From a virus: a stretch of DNA of 56,493 bases. This document shows positions 9,949 to 17,052 of the stretch, one piece after another. The stretch spans positions 1-56,493 of IMG/VR virus record IMGVR_UViG_3300045988_039967. The stretch is one strand, 5' to 3'. The notes below the pieces were generated by a model. That model saw only the letters and a list, made by a program, of their open reading frames with translations, did no database searches and was not told where the DNA came from. Position 1 is the stretch's first letter. Each line of letters begins with the position of its first letter. A program made the position numbers and the translations under genes.

Positions 9949-10660
9949 TTAAGCCAACCCTAGCATGCATAAAATATCAAGCTCTGATATTCTCTCCGCA
10001 CCCTCTCTTGTGTGCATAAGAATATCTTTAAGTTTTTCATTTTCTGTGTTGCTGTATTTATTTCTATCATACGCTCCCGAAAAACAATAATATTTGCAAT
10101 ATCCATAGCCTACCCCAAGTCTGTTGCCGTAAATGCTTTTTCCGACAATATCGTAATATTTTGGCACTTTTAAAATATCGTGTTTTTCATCTAGGGTACA
10201 TTCCTTTTGTTCTGCTTTTAGTTTTGATTGAAGATATTTCAGAAAACTTCGTATATCCTGTTCCGATTTTGAAATATATAAAATAGTCTCTTTCATTTTT
10301 TCCACCTCTGACAAATCAACAACAATCAGCACAGCACCATAACATTTCCATAAATCGCATCTTTCTTCTTCGGCTGTTTTTCTATCAACATAAAGCGAAT
10401 GTGGTTTATTGCTTTTGACACTAACAAGTGCATATTTGTATGTTGGATAATATTTTTCCTTTGCTTCTGCAAGATTCACCGCTACACCATCTTTCTGCCG
10501 CAGATAGGGCAATAATTGATTTTTTAACCAATCCGTTACTACCAGCTCCGTGAACATCGTATCCAAATGCAATAATTTTGTTCGGATATTGTATTGCAAG
10601 TCCATAATCGTTCGTCTTTCCAATAGCCAAAGGTTTTCCTCTTTCACAAAATTCACACAT
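9949..10660 (-). CDS. Hypothetical protein encoded in two frames joined at an A6 run
   Basis: ATG 10660 with GAGGTG RBS opens the frame MCEFCERGKPLAIGK...HGAGSNGLVK. The protein-like sequence continues in the +1 frame after the A6 run (plus-strand T6 at 10520-10525). Confidence 0.5.
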
Positions 10661-10661
10661 A

Positions 10662-11138
10662 TTACACCTCAATCCCATATTCTTTGAAATGGTTTTCAAT
10701 ATCTTTAGGTATCTCAACGCCTAGTTCTTTTGCCCTTTTAAATGCTTTTATTTCTTCATTTGTAGGCATATTAGCAGTTCTAAACCATTGGTCTATGTCA
10801 ACATGTCCACGTTCTAAGCTATTATTAAAATCTGTGCAATTATAAGCTCTTTTAATACATTTGTCTTGTGGATAAATAATATGTGTTTTTGTATCTCTGT
10901 AGGTTGTGCAGTCTATCCCAGAACTATATTTTGCACATTTTTCTCTGTATTCGCATATATCGCATTCGGTATTTTTCTCTTTATATTTTCGAGGCTTGTA
11001 TTTCTTAAAATCCTTGCACTCATAGTCAAGTGATGTGTCATTCCCTTTTTGGCATTCATAAACCGGATATTCTTCTCCTGTTTTTTCATCAAAATCAAAA
11101 TCTTCATCACAATATTTGCAAATTGAGCAATCTTTCAT
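10662..11138 (-). CDS. Cys-rich protein
   Basis: 158 aa from ATG 11138 (GAGGTG RBS), many CxxC pairs. Confidence 0.55.
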   Translation of the reverse strand: MKDCSICKYCDEDFDFDEKTGEEYPVYECQKGNDTSLDYECKDFKKYKPRKYKEKNTECDICEYREKCAKYSSGIDCTTYRDTKTHIIYPQDKCIKRAYNCTDFNNSLERGHVDIDQWFRTANMPTNEEIKAFKRAKELGVEIPKDIENHFKEYGIEV

Positions 11139-11263
11139 ATTGCACCTCAAATCTTCGTAAATATATTCAAATCATAGTTATCTCTGATATAGTCAACGAC
11201 TTCCTGTAATTTGCTTTTCACAAATTCTTTGTCTTGCGTCTTATCCAGCGATTAACAATTCTC

Positions 11264-11458
11264 TCAATCGTCATTCTTTCCCCATAAATTATCTGGTAAT
11301 TCCTCGCCGCCATAAATCTTGCGTGCATATTTTCTAAATGTACGCACGCTGCACCCTACTATCTTTGCCGCTTCTTCTTGTTTGATTCTGCCTGTTACAT
11401 ACAAATCCATTGCCTCATAAAATTTTTCCTTGTTTAGTGCGTGTACGCCTTGTGCCAT
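11264..11458 (-). CDS. Small helix-turn-helix protein
   Basis: 64 aa, QEEAAKIVGCSVRTFRKYARK HTH-like segment. Confidence 0.55.
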   Translation of the reverse strand: MAQGVHALNKEKFYEAMDLYVTGRIKQEEAAKIVGCSVRTFRKYARKIYGGEELPDNLWGKNDD

Positions 11459-11512
11459 AAATATTGCTCCTTGTCTGTTTTACATCATTTTCTGTATCCT
11501 TAATTTTAGTAA

Positions 11513-11584
11513 TCGGATAGACAGGACTTGAACCTGTGACTACTTGAATAAATCAAGTGTTACTCCCAACTGAACTACTATCCG
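11513..11584 (-). tRNA. tRNA-like gene with apparent UUA anticodon (possible ochre suppressor or non-functional/decoy tRNA)
   Basis: 7-bp acceptor CGGATAG/CTATCCG, U8, GG in the D-loop, T-arm ACAGG-TTCAAGT-CCTGT. The anticodon arm CTTG-ATTTATT-CAAG has U at position 37. Confidence 0.5.
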
Positions 11585-11708
11585 CTATTGCAGACGAAGT
11601 AGCAATTCATCCGCAATGTAAGTGACTTTTGTCGCTACCTTTGTCTCACTTAGACGGACTTTGTTATACCGTTTCCGACAATGCCTTCGTTCACAGCCGA
11701 AAGTTATT

Positions 11709-11849
11709 GATGTGGTGTGGATTTGAACCACACATAAAGCGTGCACTCTTTACGTTGGAGGGAATCGAACCCATAGGCATAACCCAAATGTTTTTAATCC
11801 ATATGCCTGTCTCCTAGCCATCCGTTACTTACCCATTTGTATACACATC
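11709..11849 (-). other. Degenerate or interrupted tRNA-like element with two T-arm motifs
   Basis: TGTGG-TTCAAAT-CCACA and GGG-TTCGATT-CCC. A 6/7-bp acceptor-type pairing (GATGTGT/CCACATC) spans 141 nt. No canonical cloverleaf found. Confidence 0.3.
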
Positions 11850-11873
11850 AACAGTCAGTATTATGCTGACTAA

Positions 11874-11956
11874 CGCCGACAGTAGGAATCGAACCTACAT
11901 AACATTTCTGTTGGATAGCTTAGCAAGCTATTGGAATACCATTATCCCATATCGGC
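11874..11956 (-). tRNA. tRNA-Ser (GCU), long variable arm
   Basis: Acceptor GCCGATA/TGTCGGC, anticodon arm ATAGC-TTGCTAA-GCTAT, variable hairpin AACA-GAAA-TGTT, T-arm GTAGG-TTCGATT-CCTAC. Confidence 0.85.
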
Positions 11957-12036
11957 TTAACTGAGAAGCGAGGCGCTAACCCTCTTTATTCTGCTGATAC
12001 TTCTCAGTATCACATTTTTACAACGATTTAGCCATT

Positions 12037-12104
12037 AGGCTGTGATTTTTGGGTTAATCGTGAACCCGATAGAACCAATAGGGAGTTGCACCCTATCAGC
12101 CCTA
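12037..12104 (-). other. Candidate three-way-junction RNA structure
   Basis: Closing helix TAGG(G)CTG/CAGCCTA encloses hairpins ATAGGG-TGCAACT-CCCTAT and GGGTT-CACGATT-AACCC. Confidence 0.25.
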
Positions 12105-12293
12105 GTTGTTACTTTTGCAAAGGAGTACATTGTTGCCGCCTTTTACGGCTGGGTGGTACAGGTTGATTTTCACAAAACCTTCACGGGGTTTTTGACGCCC
12201 CTTAACAGCTCTCGCTATGAAGGAAGAAAGGAGTATTACACACATGCAAAAAGAAAAGTGTAACACAAAGGTGAAATCAAAAGTGATTCCACA

Positions 12294-12364
12294 CAGGACT
12301 AGTGGGATTTGAACCCACGAATACAGGAATCAAATCCTGTGCCTTACCGCTTGGCGATAGCCCT
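12294..12364 (-). tRNA. tRNA-Gln (UUG)
   Basis: Near-textbook Gln tRNA: AGGGCTATCGCCAAGCGGTAAGGCACAGGATTTGATTCCTGT...GTGGGTTCAAATCCCAC. Confidence 0.9.
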
Positions 12365-12416
12365 AAATGGTGTGTATTCTCAGCTTTTATTCCACACCGG
12401 CCTCATTATCAGTTCT

Positions 12417-12653
12417 TTAGTGCGGACTGTTAAGGCTTGCTTTTAATTCCCTCGCTTTATTTTCATACCAATCAATCTTCCCCTGTTCCTGTATTGGATT
12501 ATCCTTAAGACCTATGCGGTATTTATACTTGTACGCCGTCATTTCACACCACATAGCAACTTTCTCTTCGCCCCAAATATCAATCATTTCTTCAATGCAT
12601 TCTTTACGGCCGCTTCGGTTATAATGTTTAGGGTGATTAATCATATCTGACAT
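12417..12653 (-). CDS. DUF3310-family protein
   Basis: 78 aa, HPKHYN...IE...YKYKYRIGLKD pattern. Confidence 0.65.
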   Translation of the reverse strand: MSDMINHPKHYNRSGRKECIEEMIDIWGEEKVAMWCEMTAYKYKYRIGLKDNPIQEQGKIDWYENKARELKASLNSPH

Positions 12654-13024
12654 TACATGTCTCCCGCTTCACGATTATTAGCTTTATAGACATCAAAGCC
12701 ATCTGGATATCTTGCTTTCAGCTTATCAATGTTAATCTGCATGATTTCATCAAGGCTGAATCCGGCAGATTCGCACATTAAAGCTACATACCAGCATATA
12801 TCGCCTATTTCTTTCTTAAAATGCACCTTTTCAAGCCCTGATTCATGAAATATGTGCTTTTTCAGCATATCATTAAGTTCCCCCACCTCACCGGATAAAC
12901 CTAATGCAGCGTTTACTATGCCGCCTACATCCATATCAGACTTGTTAATTATGCTCTTAAGTCTGTCGCTATTCTTTCTGTCATTAGTCCGCATAGCCAT
13001 ATTCTGATATTCATTGCCTGTCAT
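12653..13024 (-). CDS. mazG: MazG-like nucleoside triphosphate pyrophosphohydrolase
   Basis: 123 aa, LGLSGEVGELND...EIGDICWY motifs. Confidence 0.8.
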   Translation of the reverse strand: MTGNEYQNMAMRTNDRKNSDRLKSIINKSDMDVGGIVNAALGLSGEVGELNDMLKKHIFHESGLEKVHFKKEIGDICWYVALMCESAGFSLDEIMQINIDKLKARYPDGFDVYKANNREAGDM

Positions 13025-13037
13025 CTGTCTAATCCTC

Positions 13038-13163
13038 CTAAACCAATCTTACCAGCGTATATTTCATTTTCCCACGCTTAATTATATATATGTTTCTTGT
13101 AATACTCTTAACGCTATATGTGTTTGCAAGTAAGATTAATTGTCTTGTTGTTATCTTAATCAT
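13038..13163 (-). CDS. Possible 41-aa HTH-like peptide
   Basis: ATG 13163 preceded by TAGGAG. The longer 95-aa version has no RBS. Confidence 0.3.
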   Translation of the reverse strand: MIKITTRQLILLANTYSVKSITRNIYIIKRGKMKYTLVRLV

Positions 13164-13387
13164 ATATACTCCTAAGCCTTTTTGTTTTTGAAAATGTTTG
13201 TGGGGCTTAATTGCACGCATTGCGTGGTATCTATAAACCCCCTCCCCGGGTCCTTTTAATTGTGTCAATGCTGTACTATTTACACACAATTCAATTTGTT
13301 TTGTTTTCCAGCTTCGTCTAACCATAGTTTAGCGAAGTTCGTTTATTTGATAAAATATAGCAAGCTCAGTGTTTATGCGGCTTGCAG

Positions 13388-14023
13388 CTATTTGTTGAAT
13401 TGTGTATCATTTTCGCTCAATTGCAAGGGTGGCGAGTACTCCAATTGTGCGGTATTTTCGTTAAATTTCGGAATGCTTGCGTAATCAATAGCCCTGTGCT
13501 TGCTGGTCTCCCTAACGCCCGGCATATTCCAGCTGTGAACCTTATTCAACTTAGGCAAGTACTTCATCGGATTGTTGCGGCGGTCCTTCATGAGATTGAA
13601 TAAACTTTCTTCGTTATCTTGCATAATTTTTTCTTGCAAGTCAAAAAAGTTTGAGCTTGATCTATTCCCATCACTCCAATTATACAGCGTCTGTTTCTCA
13701 ATCCCTATCATGTCGCAGAACCCTTTCTGCGTAACTTCCTGACAATGTTTATTACAAAGACGCTTATATATATTATTATATACATATGCTACATTATCAA
13801 AATCATATACACCATTATTACTATTTTTATTTAATTTTAATAAATTACGGTTTGGAAAAAATAAAGTATTATATAGCTCTGTAATTATATCAGCCCAAAT
13901 TGATGGATATATATCTTTCTCATCAATCTCATTGTCAATGCAATAATTGGTTACAATGTCCGTAGCTATGGCCGGCATATCTTCAACGCTTGTTATTGTC
14001 TGCGCATTTTCATCTTTCTTCAT
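13388..14023 (-). CDS. terS: Terminase small subunit
   Basis: 211 aa. First gene after the AT-rich region. Central HTH-like KGFCDMIGIEKQTLYNW and a C-terminal RRNNPMKYL...SWNMP pattern. Confidence 0.6.
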   Translation of the reverse strand: MKKDENAQTITSVEDMPAIATDIVTNYCIDNEIDEKDIYPSIWADIITELYNTLFFPNRNLLKLNKNSNNGVYDFDNVAYVYNNIYKRLCNKHCQEVTQKGFCDMIGIEKQTLYNWSDGNRSSSNFFDLQEKIMQDNEESLFNLMKDRRNNPMKYLPKLNKVHSWNMPGVRETSKHRAIDYASIPKFNENTAQLEYSPPLQLSENDTQFNK

Positions 14024-14461
14024 TCTCTCCGTCTCCCTTGCTGGTTATTCTAAAAATTAAAAAAGCTCAGCACATAAAAGAATAATAAAATAATCAAGTA
14101 ATACAGATATAGCATAATCAATATAATTATTGCTATATTGCATATACTTAAATTATTAAATTACTTTCTTCAGTGCTGAGCTATTTATATATGCTCTAAA
14201 AATCTTATATACTGACAATACAACACATTTATATATCTGTCAATAATTATTTTTAAAATTTTACAAATTATTTTAATTATATTATATGCATTGTATATCA
14301 TGATAGTATTTTAATTTTAATAAAAATATAAGCTTATTATTGATTAAAGGTTTTTTAAAAAATATAAAGGGTTTATTATAATAATATATATACAGATAAC
14401 AGATGTCTGCCTACTGTATGCATATGGTATAGATACCCTATACATACCATATATTTTTTTT

Positions 14462-14492
14462 GAAATAAAAAAGAGGGGAGCGCTCCCCTCTT
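14462..14492 (-). terminator. Rho-independent terminator
   Basis: Perfect palindrome GAGGGGAGCGCTCCCCTC followed by a T8-type run on the minus strand. Confidence 0.8.
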
Positions 14493-14507
14493 AAATTAGC
14501 AAGTTTG

Positions 14508-14693
14508 TTAAATTGATGTTAGAAATTCTTCAACGTCCGCCAAGGTACCTATTTCATCAAGCGCTGTACTGCTTTGATTATCAGCGCAGTAATATATACC
14601 CTTGTCACTTTTGTAAAATGTAAAACTGCTATTGCTGTAAACGGCGTATGCTGTTTCTGACAATTCCGACGGCGTAAATTCATACTTTTTCAT
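14508..14693 (-). CDS. Hypothetical protein
   Basis: 61 aa ORF, last gene before a strong terminator. Confidence 0.5.
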   Translation of the reverse strand: MKKYEFTPSELSETAYAVYSNSSFTFYKSDKGIYYCADNQSSTALDEIGTLADVEEFLTSI

Positions 14694-14712
14694 TCTTTAT
14701 CGTCTCTCCTTT

Positions 14713-14991
14713 TCAGTTTAAAAATGGACTGTGTGCGCTCTTGTTCATGCTCTCAATTATTCGTTCCGCTTCCTGCTTTGCAAAATCATCATCGAGAAGC
14801 TTTGCGCAGAATGCGAAAGCCGAGCAAAAATCACCGCGAAGATTGTATATCTTCGCAACCTGCTGTCCGTCTCTTGTGAATGTTGCTACCGCCTGAACAG
14901 ATTCTGCAACCTGTCCGCTATTGTTAGCCTTGACGCTTTCAATATCAAAGCTAACCCAGAAATTATTAACTTTAATTCTGTTAATATGCAT
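14713..14991 (-). CDS. Hypothetical protein
   Basis: 92 aa ORF. Confidence 0.55.
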   Translation of the reverse strand: MHINRIKVNNFWVSFDIESVKANNSGQVAESVQAVATFTRDGQQVAKIYNLRGDFCSAFAFCAKLLDDDFAKQEAERIIESMNKSAHSPFLN

Positions 14992-15006
14992 ATTTTCTCC
15001 TCTCTG

Positions 15007-15285
15007 TTAGTCTTCTTCTCTGAGAAGTTCCCAACCGGCTTTCACAACGTCAATACACTCATCCTCAGCCTCACCAACTAAGTTGTAATATACAACCCAG
15101 CTCACCCGGTCAAGCTCTTCCCCCCTGTCGTCTGCAAGGGTATAATAATCATCGCTGACACGTTCAGCAATTCCGGCTGCCCCATCATCTGCGCTGTCTC
15201 CGTGTGCATATCCGAGCGCCTCAAGCATCTTTGCGCCCTCTTCATGACCGAGCTTCTCAAGCTCTTCAAAATTTACTTTCTGCAT
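15007..15285 (-). CDS. Highly acidic small protein
   Basis: ATG 15285 with AAGGTGG RBS, very D/E-rich. Confidence 0.55.
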   Translation of the reverse strand: MQKVNFEELEKLGHEEGAKMLEALGYAHGDSADDGAAGIAERVSDDYYTLADDRGEELDRVSWVVYYNLVGEAEDECIDVVKAGWELLREED

Positions 15286-15333
15286 AAATTCCACCTTTCA
15301 GCGTTTCCGCTGTCCTTTCTTAATTATTTTCTT

Positions 15334-15621
15334 TTATGCGTTCTTACCGGCTCCGTAGCACTTGTAAAATGCATCCGTGAGCCTGCCGAGCTGCTCCGGT
15401 GTCAGCTCCTCTCTTAAATCCTCCGGAATCCATTCATATGATTTCCGGAATGTATCACCAAAACGTCCGATTTTGGATGCTTTCTTGACCTGTTCGAGCT
15501 TATACATCTCGCCGAGCTCTTTGACTGTGATTTCTCCGGCTTTTACAGCTTCGCGACCTTCTCTCGTTAAAATTGCCATTGCTTCAGATTTTTTTATTGT
15601 TCCGATTCCATTTATTCTCAT
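15334..15621 (-). CDS. Hypothetical protein
   Basis: Start at ATG 15621 with AAGGAG RBS. Confidence 0.55.
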   Translation of the reverse strand: MRINGIGTIKKSEAMAILTREGREAVKAGEITVKELGEMYKLEQVKKASKIGRFGDTFRKSYEWIPEDLREELTPEQLGRLTDAFYKCYGAGKNA

Positions 15622-15666
15622 GTTTGCTTCTCCTTTCAAGTGGGGCGATTTCTCGCCCCGGTGGTG

Positions 15667-15801
15667 TTACTTTGTCGGCTTGTACTCGTCTTTGCCGGTT
15701 TCAATGTAAAGCAGAAAATCATTGATTTTCTTTTCATCCCATCCGGCAGCTCTGAGACCTTCAATCAGCCTTGCTACTTCTGTCATTTGCATATCTTCCA
15801 T
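15667..15801 (-). CDS. Hypothetical 44-aa protein
   Basis: ATG 15801 after AAAGGGGAAAC. Below the ORF-track cutoff. Confidence 0.4.
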   Translation of the reverse strand: MEDMQMTEVARLIEGLRAAGWDEKKINDFLLYIETGKDEYKPTK

Positions 15802-15875
15802 GTTTCCCCTTTCCGGCTTTCGCCTATTGCCTTTCAGCAATATTATAATAACTTATTTTAGTTATATTGTCAATA

Positions 15876-16121
15876 CTATAATTCAAGTTTTTCTTTTATT
15901 TCTTTTTCCTCTGCCGCATCCTTTTCATAATATATTAAGTGCTCCGGCTGCATATTCAGAACGGCGCATATATTATTCAATGATTTCATACTTATATTTG
16001 CGTTATTTTCCTTTATTTTTCTCCATGTATCCTGTGATATAATACCTGTTTTTTGTGCCTTGTATGCTGTCATTCCTGCAGTTTTCAGTGCTCCGGCAAC
16101 GTCAAATTTGAAACGAATCAT
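15876..16121 (-). CDS. XRE-family HTH regulator
   Basis: 81 aa. HTH segment ISMKSLNNICAVLNMQPEHL. Divergent from the plus-strand operon. Confidence 0.7.
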   Translation of the reverse strand: MIRFKFDVAGALKTAGMTAYKAQKTGIISQDTWRKIKENNANISMKSLNNICAVLNMQPEHLIYYEKDAAEEKEIKEKLEL

Positions 16122-16146
16122 TTTTGCATTTCCTCCTTATATATAG

Positions 16147-16175
16147 ATGATAATATTTTTATCCGAAAAAGTCAA
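16147..16175 (-). promoter_or_regulatory. Sigma-70-type promoter for the HTH gene
   Basis: TTGACT - 17 nt - TATCAT on the minus strand. Confidence 0.55.
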
Positions 16176-16181
16176 TTAAAA

Positions 16182-16232
16182 ATAACTAAAAAAAGTTGCA
16201 TTTTATATTGACAATAACTTTTTTTAGTTATA
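16182..16232. promoter_or_regulatory. Inverted-repeat operator (ATAACTAAAAAAAGTT / AACTTTTTTTAGTTAT)
   Basis: Perfect 16-bp inverted repeat. The right arm fills the spacer of the plus-strand promoter. Confidence 0.6.
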
Positions 16233-16236
16233 TAAT
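16208..16236 (+). promoter_or_regulatory. Consensus sigma-70 promoter
   Basis: TTGACA - 17 nt - TATAAT. Confidence 0.7.
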
Positions 16237-16345
16237 AAAACCATCAAATAAATAAAGCCGGTGACACCTACCAAGCGACCACCGGCACCAATCAAAAAAG
16301 AAAGGTAAGCCGATTATATCACAGTCGGCGAAATGGTACAAGGCT

Positions 16346-16477
16346 ATGAAAAGAATTAAAGAATTAGAAAAGGAACTCGAAAAGGTTTGCGGCACTTATG
16401 AAAATGATTGCAGCAAGTGCCCGAAGCAGGCAGAATGTGAAGAATATTGTAAACTGTCACAGGAAGAGGAGGACTAA
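16346..16477 (+). CDS. Cys-rich 43-aa protein
   Basis: MKRIKELEKELEKVCGTYENDCSKCPKQAECEEYCK..., first ORF after the promoter. Confidence 0.4.
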   Translation: MKRIKELEKELEKVCGTYENDCSKCPKQAECEEYCKLSQEEED

Positions 16478-16480
16478 AAC

Positions 16481-16795
16481 ATGAATTACAAGGTCGGTTA
16501 TAGAATAGACGAGGATGCAGCGCACGGCATTAAGCAGGGCTATAGAATAATAGCGGCTTTTGATTATGTTGTAAATGCGCAGGATTTTATTGAAAAGTGC
16601 ATACCCGCCGAAAATCAAGACAGATTTTTCATGCTGTCAAATAATACAAGATACTACCCAGCAACGGGGAATTTTGAAATATTTTATCCGAAACGCTCCA
16701 AAATCGGAGCGTCAGCCGCGGGATGGTCTCCCGGCTCTGACGATGGCAGACCAGAAAGGAAAAACATGAACAATTATATAAAGGTGATTATATGA
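16481..16795 (+). CDS. Hypothetical protein
   Basis: 104 aa, GAGGAGG RBS. Confidence 0.55.
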   Translation: MNYKVGYRIDEDAAHGIKQGYRIIAAFDYVVNAQDFIEKCIPAENQDRFFMLSNNTRYYPATGNFEIFYPKRSKIGASAAGWSPGSDDGRPERKNMNNYIKVII

Positions 16796-16964
16796 AAAAA
16801 CAGTATGCAAAAAAATTAAAATAGGCGATAAAGTGAATCGACACGAAAAGGGATGGTCAAAAGTTGTCGGGATTAAGAAAAGTTTTATAGTGTACCTGAC
16901 TTTTGATAATGGCGATGTAATGCCTTATTGTGAATCCGATGAGCTCATTATTGCCGCAATGTAA
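16792..16964 (+). CDS. Small protein requiring a -1 shift at A AAA AAA
   Basis: ATG overlaps the upstream stop (ATGA). The 0 frame stops after 10 codons. The -1 frame reads IKIGDKVNRHEKGWSKVVGIKKSFIVYLTFDNGDVMPY... Confidence 0.45.
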
Positions 16965-17052
16965 AAAGTCGAAACCGCCGCCTGGCGGTCTGCAGGAACT
17001 GCCCCACCTGCACCGATGAGACAGGGCAAACAATGAAAGGATGGTTGATATC

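Noticed and set aside
11629-12263. Track ORFs 11629-11817 and 12042-12263 as protein genes
   Set aside because: - They are plus-strand readings of the minus-strand tRNA and structured-RNA region.
- The peptides contain GFEP and GIEP, which are simply translated T-arm sequence.
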